Shown here piece after piece: positions 37,662 to 49,565 of a stretch of 64,000 nt of DNA (position 1 is the first letter of the stretch; the number at the start of each line of letters is the position of its first letter). The DNA lies in the NCBI GenBank assembly GCA_964016885.1, contig OZ024742.1:38006001-38070000 (forward strand), read 5' to 3'. Under the pieces are notes generated by a model. It worked only from the letters and a program-made list of their open reading frames with translations. It had not been told where the DNA came from and made no database searches. This DNA is from Eledone cirrhosa. Its lineage: Eukaryota. The translations under genes and the position numbers were made by a program.

Positions 37662-37965
37662 CATCATCATCATCATCATTTTATGTCCGCTTTTCCCTGC
37701 TTGCAAGGGTGGGACAGGAACTGATTCTGGCTTGATTTCTACAGCTGGATGCCCTTCCTAACACCAAATTCATTTACAGTGAGTGCTGGGTGCTTTTTTT
37801 TCCGTGGCGCCTACACGTCCACTTTACAGTGTGGGCTGGGTGCTTTTTTGCAATGTGAAATAAAGTGTCTTGCTCAAGGAAACAACACATCACCTGGTCT
37901 GAGAATTGAATTCACAACCTTTCGATTGCAAGGCCAATGCTCTAAACACTAAGCCATGTGCCTCC
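37662..37965 (-). mobile_element. Same SINE family, internally deleted, tail-to-tail with the RTE
   Basis: Head 37850-37965 and tail 37662-37850 match 46505-46887; (TA)n on both sides. Confidence 0.88.
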
Positions 37966-40600
37966 TATATATATATATATATATATAAACACTGTCTAAC
38001 CCATGCTAGCGTGGAAGAATGGACGTAAAACATTTATGTTATAACGAAACATATTTATATTTTATGAAAAATCCCCAATATCCTAATTGTAACACAATGC
38101 TAAATAAAATAAAAATTGTTTTAGAGTGAATTCACATAAAAAAAAAACACTAAAACAATTTTCATTTCATTCCATCATAATTTTATTTTAAGAAGTTTGA
38201 GTTAAGTAATGTTCCAAATATCAGCTGACTAACGAAAATTACTCCAATTTTTTTATCATTTTCAAAATTAATTGAATATTATAGGCTGAGTATTTCATTA
38301 GAAATGTGGTAACAAACAAGTTTGTTGTTTTTATGTAATATAATCTATTGTAGCTGCATATATCTAAATATTTCTTGTACAAATATGTTATGGATTTTAC
38401 TAAAATGAGAGAAGTGGAGAGAATGTGAGATATAGTTAAGAAAATGAATGATTTTATTATTGATATAGTGTAACTTCTAGAAGCTTAAAGTTTGTAATGA
38501 TTGATTAAAAGTGTGGAATTAAAAATTAGTGTTTTAGATTTAAATTATTCAACAAAGAACAACTACATTGTGGAGACAATTTTGCAAACTTATAAAACTC
38601 TGCAAAGTGGTTGGCATTAGCAAGGGCATCCAGTTGAAGAAACTGGAACATATGTAAGACATGGTCCCTTGACCCATCTATGAGAACAGTAGCAACAATG
38701 AAGTACTGATTTTGTCTGTAACCATCCATCTGTACCATGCCAGCATGGAAAAGCAGGACATATGATAATGATGATGAAATCCATGTTAATTTGAAAAGTG
38801 GGTAAAAATAAAATGAAAATAATAATACTATTATTATTACTAATAATATCAACAATGTCATGGAGGAAAAGAAAAAGAATTTAATCTAAATTTAAATATG
38901 GATTAAAAAATTTTTCTTTAAAAAATTATTTCCTTGGACATTACTGAAAACTTTTAAAGAGAGGAATATATGATAGATTAGTTTTGAAAATAATCAAGAA
39001 TTTGGAGGGATTTAGTAATATAATTAACTTTCTCATTTTTAAGCTAGTGTTTGGAGTATAATTTAACAATGGTTCTTATTGTGGAAACGTTTTTAGATAA
39101 ATATAAATACTTTGAAATAAACAGTTTTATATCATGGAACTAGGAGCAGTTTGAGACGTTTTGGTATCATACAAGTTATAATCTCTAGCCTTTTTTATCA
39201 TATTGCCATTAAATATATTGGTTAAATGAAAAAAAATCAGACAAAAGGATGGACAGAACAGCAGCAGGGGGAGAAAAAGAGAGAGTAATATGAAAAATAT
39301 ATATCATTACCCGCAGGTTGACTATCTAATTAAAAAGAATAATAACATCATGAGGAAATATATTGTAAAGAAGATGTATAGAGAACTACTTCTTAGTTTA
39401 AATTTCTAAGTATGTTTTTATCTATTTTTTTTAAATTCCAGTCTCATGTATTTAACCCTTTTGATACCAGGCCAAAATTGGTTCTGGTTCTATATAATAA
39501 AACTCCTTATTTTAAAAAGTTCCTATATAAATAAATAAAAATCCAAACCAAATTGTATATAAGAACCATATATTAACTTACTATCTTAATGAAATAATTA
39601 TTTTTGTAAATCCCTCAAAATGTTTCATTAATTAATATTTCATTAGAAAGATTGTTGTGAAATAGTTAAGAAAAGAATAAATACATCATACATCTATTTT
39701 TCTTTCTGCTGAATTTGATACAACATCATTAATGGATATATAACTCAATTTATTTATTGAGCTAGTGAGTGGGACATTTACAGGTATATAGTAGTGGTAG
39801 AAATTCATCATCATTTTATCTCTCCTTTCTATGCTGGCATGAGTTAAACAGGTCTAATTTTTATGCCCTTCCTGTCACTAACCCTTTTAGTTATATCTTA
39901 TGGATGACACACGGGGATACAGTGTGCCTATTCTAAAATCAGGATAATCAGGATACACAGAGTAAATTTTGCATCAGAAATAAACTGGTGAGTTAATTTC
40001 CATCTATAAAAATAATTGAATAGAAAGTCTAGCATATAGACTCCCTAATTTTAACTGGTGCTAAGGAGCCCTGTAATCTAAACTAGTTATAATTTTGGTT
40101 AGATTATTTAATCCTATTATTACATACATCAGATAAAGGAAATTTTAAAAAAAAGATTTTTTTAAGTTCAGTTTGTGTATACCATTTCCTATTTTACATT
40201 ACAAAAAAACAGTGTTTTAAAGAAATTAAATTAAATATAGTATTACAGTTAGATAGAAAATATATTTACAGCTCAGTTATTTCATATGGAACAATATGTA
40301 AGGAATATATTTACACACACACACACACATCTACAAACAAAATGCAAAAGTTTGAGGGCATATTTATTATATAAATATATGTTATTTCCAATCCAAAATC
40401 TACATCAGAGTGGGTTAGAGTATGTGTGAGTAAGAATGCATACACACATATGTATGTGAGTCTGAATGTGTGTAAGTGCATGTGCGCGCGTGTGTGTGTG
40501 TGTGTGCATACACGCACACGTGTTATATGAAGAAGAGTGAAAAGATTATGAAAAAAATTCATTTTAAGATATTATTGTTCTCCTCCTCTCCCTTTCTTAC

Positions 40601-40780
40601 CTGTAGAGCTTGCAATCTCTTAGAACTACGCCTTGGTAATGTTTGATTGTAGTAATACAAGTAGTTGTAACGACTGCGATCCATCCTTGATGAAGAAAAC
40701 GGAAGATTCAAAGTAGTTGTCCAAGTCCTCAGAACTCCAGCCTTAGCAGCAATGGGGGGAGTTGGCATGGTTGAAATGGC
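40601..40780 (-). CDS. Coding exon, possibly an alternative first exon with ATG at 40768 (MPTPPIAAKAGVLRTWTTTLNLPFSSSRMDRSRYNYLYYYNQTLPRRSSKRLQALQ)
   Basis: Consensus donor CAG|GTAAGA at 40600-40599, phase 0. Open frame; ATG in ACCATG context. The acceptor ataaacAG at 40782-40781 has a poor pyrimidine tract. Non-repetitive and higher GC than the flanks. Confidence 0.7.
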
Positions 40781-41231
40781 CTGTTTATGTGAGCTTTACT
40801 ATAAATCTCTGTTTAACAGATGTGTTTTTCTCTGTCTGACTGTCTATCTGTTTCTCCCTCACATTCTCCCCCTTCCTATCCCACATTTTAATTCCAATAA
40901 ACACTACAACAGCATACATAAGCTTACTGTCAGATGCCAACTGATGCCTTCAGAGGAAACTTTAGCAGCTAATTGAGAACTGAGTGGCAGTGAATACCCC
41001 GCTTGTTCATTCAGGCACACAAACTGATACATCAGCACATATAACAATCACAAATAACTACACACACACTGCACTACTCTATATTACACACACATATTTT
41101 GAAACTTATATATCATAATTATTACTTAATAGAAATAAGTTTATACGACTTTATATAGCAATCATCATATGTATGTGTATGTGTGCATGCACCCATATGT
41201 ATATAGGCAAACTCACACAGCAATGCCTGCG

Positions 41232-41292
<61 letters not shown>

Positions 41293-41389
41293 AGTCGGGA
41301 TTTGACACATCTCTCTCTCTCTCTCATTTATATATACATATATGTATACACACACGTGTGTATATGTGTGTGCGTGTGTGTGTGCGTGT

Positions 41390-42260
41390 GTGTAATGGAG
41401 GTACTGGCCTGAAGTGTAAAGGAGAGTTTACCATGAGAGTTGTACATAGGTGACCTGGTATTTATATCTAAGTGAACTGAGAAGATACATAAGTAGAGGA
41501 AAAGTATGGAGGTAAACAGTGAATATCGGAAAAACAATGGAATGAGCAAGAAAGTGACTGCGTACAGTGTGGAGGGTGTTGAAATGTTTGATATGCAATG
41601 GATGGGTACATTAAAAATATAGTGGTGTAAAAGGATTATTAAATTATGTGTTAACTGTATTTACATGTAAAGTGTGTATGAAGGGAGCTAGAAATGGAGA
41701 AGATATTCAGATGAATCTTGTAAATAGTGTGAAGATGCAAGGTGTAAAAACGTTTTGTTACCCAGGAGACATGTTGAATGGAGAAGATGGATCAAACTCT
41801 GCGACAGTATCTTGAATGAAATGTGCATGGAAAAATTGAAGGTGTGCTAATGAGAGGTATCACTGAAACTGAAGGGAAATATGTATGCTGCAAGTGTGTG
41901 AAGAGCCATGATTTGTGGGAGTGAGACATAGGTGGTGAACATGGAGCAGTAGAGAATGCTAGAAAGAATAGAAGTGAAAATGATCTAGTGGTTGAGTGGA
42001 GTATCACAAACAATGAATTGCAATAGATGATGGAAATAGAACCAGTGATGCATATTGTGAAGAGAAATGGAATGATGTAGTTGGGTCATGTGTTGAGAAA
42101 GGATGAAAGTGATAGAAGTAATGGAAATAAATGTGAAAGGAAATAGAGGAATGGGGTAAATAAGGAAGAAATAAAAGTTGGTGAGAGGTGAAGCAGACAA
42201 ATAGAGAAGTTTGTCATGGGGCCTACAAGGCTAATCTTTGCTTTAGCAAAGAAGATGGCT
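41390..42260 (+). mobile_element. Highly decayed RTE-like LINE relic
   Basis: Purine-rich sequence with residual RTE C-terminal motifs (gggagtgagacat, ttgggtcatgtgttgagaaagg). Confidence 0.5.
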
Positions 42261-42659
42261 TTAAAATATCTCCCTCTCTCTAACAGCTAGGTGTATCAAA
42301 TAGGTACTGTGCATCATGAATAAAATACATATGGAAAAATGGCCAAGAGGGAAGAGACAGAAATGACTTCTACAGAGCAAGTCCAAATGAGTGAAGCAAT
42401 TCTATTTGTGTGGAAGTTATTTCTATATAAAATAAGTAACACCCACCTTCCACATCTGATACACTTCATTTGTCCAACCCATGCATATAAGCATAGAAAG
42501 CTGGACACACTTTCCTACAATGCTGCTGAAATGGCTAAAAGCTCTTAGTCCATTGTGTAAGGGGATCATGCTGGCGATACAAGAAAAGCTCTTAGTCCAC
42601 ACTGTAAGTTGATCAAGCTGATGACATGATGAAAAAGTACACAATCAAACCTGTTAGTG

Positions 42660-43142
42660 ATCGTTTTGGTGCCACAATAAAAAGCACCCAGTCGACTCTG
42701 TAAATGTGGTTGGTGTTAGGAAGGACATCCAACCAGAAACAGTTCTGTATGAGCAAGATGTGTGTCAACTGACCTGATTTGTCTCATAATGGGACAACTC
42801 ATCTAAACCATGCTAGCATGGAAAATGGGTGCTAAATGTTAAATGGTGATAATGATGATGATATATATATATATATATACGTGTATATATACATATATAT
42901 CATCATCACCACCATTTTACGTCCATTCTTCCACGCTAGCATGGGTTAGACAGGTTTTCCTGTTGTGGGCAATGCCCAGTCGGCTGACCTGGTCTTGTTC
43001 ATACAGGAACTGATTTTGGCTTGATTTCTACAGCTGGATACCCTTCCTAACACCAACCTCATTTACAGTGAGTGCTGGGTGCTTTTTTTCCGTGGCGCCT
43101 ACACTACCACTTTACAGCGTTGGCTGGGTGCTTTTTTGCCGT
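42660..43142. mobile_element. Two RTE-tail elements tail-to-tail around a (TA)n tract
   Basis: 42660-42862 on plus ends in (GAT)n; 42901-43142 is the reverse complement of RTE 3' UTR 37403-37641. Other RTE-tail copies at about 4706-4910, 6325-6495, 14641-14870, 23550-23810, 27528-28095, 38600-38776, 50595-50700, 58652-58965, 61122-61325, 62125-62206. Confidence 0.85.
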
Positions 43143-43528
43143 TATATATATAAGGTTGGAGATACAAAGGTTTTTTTTTCTTTTTTTCATAGCACAACTC
43201 TAGTTAAATGTCAACTGTTTCAGTGGACAAATCTAACAGGCAAGCATGGAAAATAGATGTTAAATGATGATGATGATTTAAAAAGAGATTGTTGTGTAGT
43301 GCTAGTTTCTCAATTTATCATTAATCAATATAGCAAAACAACAAAGATGTGTCTGAGGAATATTGGTGCCAAGAAAACTTAGATTATAGTTTATTTACTT
43401 TAAAGAAGAGTCTACAGAGATAAGTTGCTTCAATAATAAAGACAGAGATAACAATACTATAACAACTACTACTATTAATGATGGTATAATAATGGTTGAT
43501 ATAGACCTGGATAGATAGCAAGACTATT

Positions 43529-43627
43529 GGAAGAAGAAGAAGAAGAAGAAGAAAAAGAAAAAGAAAAAGATAAAGAAAAAGAAAAAGAAAAAGAAAAAGA
43601 AAAAGAAAAAGAAAAAGATAAAAAAGA

Positions 43628-43675
<48 letters not shown>
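43529..43675. repeat. Polypurine tract (GAA)n-(GAAAAA)n-(GA)n
   Basis: Read directly; about 145 nt, almost pure purine. Confidence 0.95.
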
Positions 43676-43679
<4 letters not shown>

Positions 43680-44384
43680 ATAAATAGAATGTATTTTGAT
43701 CTAGAATGTCTTACATAAACACATTCTAATCAAAAATGCTATAGAGCTGAATAATGTAAACACCTTTTATATACAAGATCTTCCTTTTTTTCCTAAAGAA
43801 TTCAAAGCTGATTGTTTGTAGTTCTAAAGAATAGGATATAGTTACCAAAAATTAAACATATAAATAAATATAAAACATAAAAGATAAATAGAAATCTACT
43901 AGCTGTTTTATTAAAGTTGGCAATACCTCTTTATTAAATAAGATTTCTAAGAAGTTGTAAATCTAATTTATTGTAAATGAGCTGAAAGAATAACTGGGAA
44001 TAAAAGGTAATCTGATGTAGTATACAAGAGAAAAGACTGCATTGCTACAGGCACATTACTTGTATGGAAGAGGATGGATAAGTAAAGTGCCAAACAATCC
44101 CAGCTAAAGGAACCTGTAGTAGACCAAGAAAAATATAGGAAGAAGTGGTAAATGCTCTGATCTCAGGAGGCTTAACTTCACAAAGAAAATGACAAAGGAC
44201 CACAACATGTGGTGAGATGCTACGCCAGAGAAGACTCATAGGACTCATTCAAGCATGGAAAAACAATCATCATCAAATATTGTCACCATGATCATGATCA
44301 TGATGTAGGGGGCTGGGTGGATTGGAAGGTTTATAAGTTGACATTTTAAACCTTTTAAAACCAAACCACCTGGAACTGCCCTTG

Positions 44385-44600
44385 GTTAAGTAGTTTGTAT
44401 TACAACCATGTAGTTTCAGGTTCAATCCCACTGTGTGGCACCTTGGACAGATGTCTTCTACTATAGCCGGTAGTTGACTAATGCTTGGGAGTGAAATTCG
44501 GTAGACAGAAACTGAGGAATCTTTTCATATATCATCATTATAATTTGTATGTGTGTGTGTGCGAGCATGCACGTGCGTGTGTGTGTTTATATCTGTTATG
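44385..44600 (+). mobile_element. Third tRNA-derived SINE family (exemplar)
   Basis: ggttcaatcccactgtgtggcaccttggacagatgtcttctactatagcc...ggtagacagaaactga then (GT)n. Related copies at about 13150-13300, 15690-15860, 20900-21058, 57840-57975, 63790-63938. Confidence 0.8.
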
Positions 44601-46504
44601 CCCTATAACTCAGAAGTTCAACAAAAAAAAGATCAATAAAATAAGTACCAAACTTTTAAAAAAGAAAGGTACTGAAGTCATTCTAATGACTGAAACCAAT
44701 AATCAAATAAAAGAATAGTGAATCTAACTAAAGAGGTGGATTTAAAAACACTTTTGCATATTGTAGGAGAATATATTGAGTTTTTTTCAGTAAAAACACT
44801 GAAAACGGTTAAATCGAAACTTGGCAGATTCTTTAAGGTTTACTTTATTGCATGCAATTTAAAATAGAGTTTGACAATATAATCACATCCTGACATTTTG
44901 TTTCCGTCCTGCCTTCATTTTCTTGGATTTCTTTGTCAGTTAAAGGAAGAAGGTAATAGAGACTTATTCTAAATAAGCTGAAATAATAATTGTTTCTGAG
45001 ATAGGCTCATGGTCAGAAATTTAAGAGGAGGACTTAATTAGATTAAACCCAGTACATGACTGATGCTTTAATTTATCGACCCCAGAATGAAGTTGACTTC
45101 AGTGGGATTTGAATTCAAAATGTAAAGAGACAGAACAAATTCTGCAAAGCATTTATCCAATGTTCTAATCTGCCAATTCACCACAGCAGCAGCAACAGCA
45201 ATGGTTTCTAATTTAGGCAGAGGGCCATCAATTTAGAGAAATGAGGAGGTTCATTGTACCAACCCCAGTACTTCACAGGTACTTTATTTTATTTACCCCT
45301 AAAAGGACGAAAGGCAAAATTGACATGTGCAAGATTTATACTAAGAACATAAGGGATGTAACTAAATGCCACAAAGAATTTTGTCTAATGTGCTACTGAT
45401 ACTGTCAAAATAATAATGATAATTTTATTTCCACTTTCCATGATCTTATGGTTTGGATGGGTCATTATAGTCTATAATTGACGTGATTTCTACACGTGGA
45501 TGCCTTACCTAATGCCAACCAGCTCTACTACTTTACAAAGTGCATTGGGTGTATTTTATCTGACAAGTAATTTTTTCTAAAAGATATGCATACTTTTAAT
45601 TTATGTGGACTAAAGTATGGGAAACTAATGATGACAATGATGATGATGACACCTGACTATAATATGTACAGTGTATACAACAATGTGTGTGAGTACCACA
45701 TTAATTTCTAATATTTGCACATGGTAAGGAACAATTAGTTAATCCTAGTATTTAACCAGTTTTATTTTATCATATAAGGTTATAAAGTTTACCCCAGCAG
45801 GATTTAACATACTAAGTACATGACAACCAGATAGTATCTTGAGGAACTACACAATCCTAACAGTGAATGACTTTAAAGGAAGATTCACACAACATATAAA
45901 CTCCTTCAGGTCTAGGGACACAAATAACTACTTATTAAGAAAGAGTTGTGCTATGTCATGACACTTTTCAGAGCTTCCCGAACTAATGGAAAGGAGACCT
46001 GGTATAAATGCTTGCAACTAAGAGCACTCTGGGTACTCCAGGGTCAGGTGGTAGTATTAAACTAGGCAACAAATTAAGTCTATTATCCAAGTAGACAGAC
46101 CATCGCGTTATTTGAACTCAGAATGCCATGAGTTCGAACAACTGTCACAAGGCTCTAATGCTGCTAACCCACCACCATAGACAGGTACTTTATCAAATCA
46201 GAAAGGTGACTTTGACAGGATTTGACCTCAGAGAACAGAGAACTGGGGAAAATACTAGATATAGAAATAAAAGAACTAGCTGGGAAAATGACATTAACTC
46301 TTCTGATACCAATCTGCATAAAACTATCCCCAGTTCTATGATACAGTTCTATTCACATATTAGATTACTGGTTGGACATGAACTGTAGAATTATAGGCTG
46401 AAAGCATCTATAGAGTAAATATAATTTGGTATAAAGTACCAAATTATATTTAACCCTTTTGCTTCTGGTTCTACAATACAAAACTATTAGCTTGAAAGTG
46501 TTTA

Positions 46505-46887
46505 TCATCATCATCATCATTTCATTTTACGTCCACTTTGCCCGGCTTTCAAGGGTGGGACGGGAACTGATTCTGGCTCATTTCTACAGCTGGATGCCCT
46601 TCCTAACACCAACCTAATTTACAGTCAGTGCTGGGTGCTTTTTTTTCTGTGGCGCCTACACGTCCACTTTACAGTGTGGGCTGGGTGCTTTTTTGCCGTG
46701 GCACCGCCACGACCACTTTGCAGTGGAATCATAGGGTCCCCAGTCCTATCATCTCATTTCTACAGCTGAGTAAACTGGAGCAATGGTATCTTGCTCAAGG
46801 AAACAACACATCACCCGATCTGAGAATTGAACTCACAACCTTTCAATTGCAAGGCCAATGCTCTAACCACTAAGCCATGTGCCTCCT
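46505..46887 (-). mobile_element. Full-length tRNA-derived SINE with RTE-derived 3' tail, inserted in a MITE
   Basis: Minus strand: ggaggcacaTGGCTTAGTGG (A box), gAGTTCAATTCT (B box), central ccttgagcaaga...gctccagtttactcagctg domain, tail nearly identical to the RTE 3' UTR, (GAT)n. Confidence 0.88.
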
Positions 46888-48811
46888 TTATATTTATCTA
46901 AAAGCTGTCCATCATAATTTTATACACTGAAAAAGTTAGTTATTTACTAAATTCTTTCAAATTCTTGGTTATTTTCAATTTATTTGAAAATCATAGGCAG
47001 TATATTTCATTAGAAATATGGCAATGAAATGGTTAAATAGAAAATAGTCAGGTCCAGCATGCTGGATCCTGCTGACAAAGCAGGAATATGGTCAACGCTA
47101 TAATACCTTATCAACTCTTACTGTTGTCATTCTTTCCATCATCAATATTTTTGTAGCTATGCTTTGATGAAACATCACCATAAAGGGAGACTGATTTTAA
47201 AAGAATTAGTGCTAAACTGATCCTTTTGCAGAATAAATCTAATATCAACACATTGCTCTCATCTCTGACTCTCGATCTTTCTCTCTCTCAGAAACTGGGG
47301 GCAAGCAGACAGAGAGGGTAGGTGAAGGAGAGAGGATAAAGTGATAATGGGAAGGATAGGTGGGACAAGGAGAAGGAGACAGGAGAAAAGAGAGGAAAGA
47401 AAAAGAGAGAGGAAGATAAAAGGGAAAGGGGGAAAAGAAATGGTATATATTGAAAGAATAGAGTTGGAGTTTAATATTATTTTTTTCATTCTCAGATATA
47501 CGAAAAACAAAGATTCCAACATAAATTTTTTAAAGGTAAAAATCACTCAAAGTGGAATAAATTTATATGTAACATGGTAGGAATCAATTATTCTTCTCTA
47601 ACATAGACTGAGTGTGTTTGGTTTTTTTTTTGGGGGGGGGGGGGGGGGTTATGGATAACATCTCAAAGACTATTCTGAATAAGATATGTTACATACTAGA
47701 TTGGGAGTCAAGTTGCATGAAACATCAATAAAACCAATTTTTTGTTCCTCCTACATGTTTTTATTTGTTTTTTTTTATTTTATCTCTTTGTTTATTTTGT
47801 TTATTTTGTTTTGATTGAATGCTATTAACAACAAATAGAACAGTGAACTGCTTTTCATCTGTTATATTAGAAACATGCAATCAATTTCAATGAATGCTAA
47901 GTAATGACACATTTTTACTGGCAGAAAATTATCAGTTTAGAATGGTTTCCTGTTGTCTATGATTTCACAGAAGATAAAAGGAGTGGGTGGCAAGGGAGTG
48001 AGAGAATAGAATGAAAAATAGGTAAGAAGAGAAAATAAGAAGAAAAAAAATAATAATATTAGTAAAACATTTGGTGGCATGAAAAGAATAGGACAGATCA
48101 TTTATTAACATTTTAATATTTCTATATTCTTACAAACACACATACACACAGAGCCTTGTGCATGTAAAAGCAAGCAGGATTATTGTAATGTTAATATGGG
48201 AAAAATGAATTTATCGCATTCTGAAGCCCATAGATGATTTACAGGGTTTCATTCAGAAGATAGTATTTTAAGTGGCGTAAATTAAAGGCTGTAATATTTA
48301 TAGGAGTAATGACTGACTATGTAGTAAAAAAAAACATTGTATATATATATGAGTTATTTTGATGGATTCATAAAAGCTTCATAAACCAATACTAGATAAT
48401 TGTTACAAGAATGAAGAAAAGAGAGAAAGCTCATTTCAAGTTGGGTCCTATTTTTATGTTAGTTATCCATTTTTCAATACAAACAATAGTAAACGAACTC
48501 TACTATGTATTCTAATAATTGCATCTATTATTATAATTTACAGCATGTAACATCACCCTTGGAACACTTAAAATATTCTCACTGAATATAATAAGCTGTT
48601 TTATATAATTATATGTATAATTATGCATGAATTTTGAATGGATATTGGGAGGTGACCACAATTAAAAATGGTATTCAATACGTTGGTAGAATATAGGTAT
48701 CTTTATTTCATTTAAAAATGACTTCCACGGGACTAAAACTGTTTCATTCATTTGAAATCAGGTTTCAAACAAATGAAACAGTTCTAATCCTGTAAACGTC
48801 ATTTTTATATA

Positions 48812-48874
<63 letters not shown>

Positions 48875-48876
48875 CA

Positions 48877-49565
48877 TAATTGTCAAGAAGGGCGAGGGTG
48901 TCTTGGCATCACTCAATAAGACCTTTGTTAGCCGCTCTCCAGCCATCTATTTAAAGCGGTATACAGCTATGGTACGACCACACTTGAAATTTGCATCATC
49001 AGTCTGGAACCCCTATCTTGCTCAGAACATTGACCTCCTGGAAACTGTTCAGAGACGTGCAACCAAATGCATACCCTCCATCAAACACCTACCATACTCT
49101 GAACGCCTTGCTTCCCTGGGCATGGATTCATTAAAGCTCTGACGTCTGGCAATGGACTTGGTAAACACCCACAAAGTTATTAACCATCTCGCCAATAACA
49201 ACCCTGAGCACCTTTTTGATCTCCATGTGTCTAACACACGTGGACATGCCTACAAAGTCAGAAAACAGCACAGCTCCCATGACTTTCGGAAACATTTTTT
49301 CATGCTTAGAGTTGCTGAAGCATGGAACAAACTACCTGCGTCAGTTGTTAGCTGTCGAGACACTGCATCCTTTAAAACCCTCATGCTTTCCGAAATTCGC
49401 CAAAACTACACCGGATGTCTCCCTTCCATACACATGCACACGTGTATATCATGACTCATGCACTGCTCATTTTCCTGACGTTTGTACATAACCCTATGTA
49501 CTATACATACACTTTTGATGAGTTGTAGTGCACCTGAGCACTGTACACAATATTTTCATTATTAT
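48877..49565 (+). mobile_element. CR1 LINE 3' fragment between (TA)n tracts
   Basis: YTAMVRPHLKFASSVWNPY...RVAEAWNKLP, 3' UTR and tail; (TA)n on both sides. Confidence 0.93.

Noticed and set aside
49512-49550. TGATGAG in the CR1 3' UTR as a hammerhead or SECIS element
   Set aside because: No CUGANGA/GAAA pairing and no SECIS-length helix with apical AA; better explained as the LINE terminal stem-loop.
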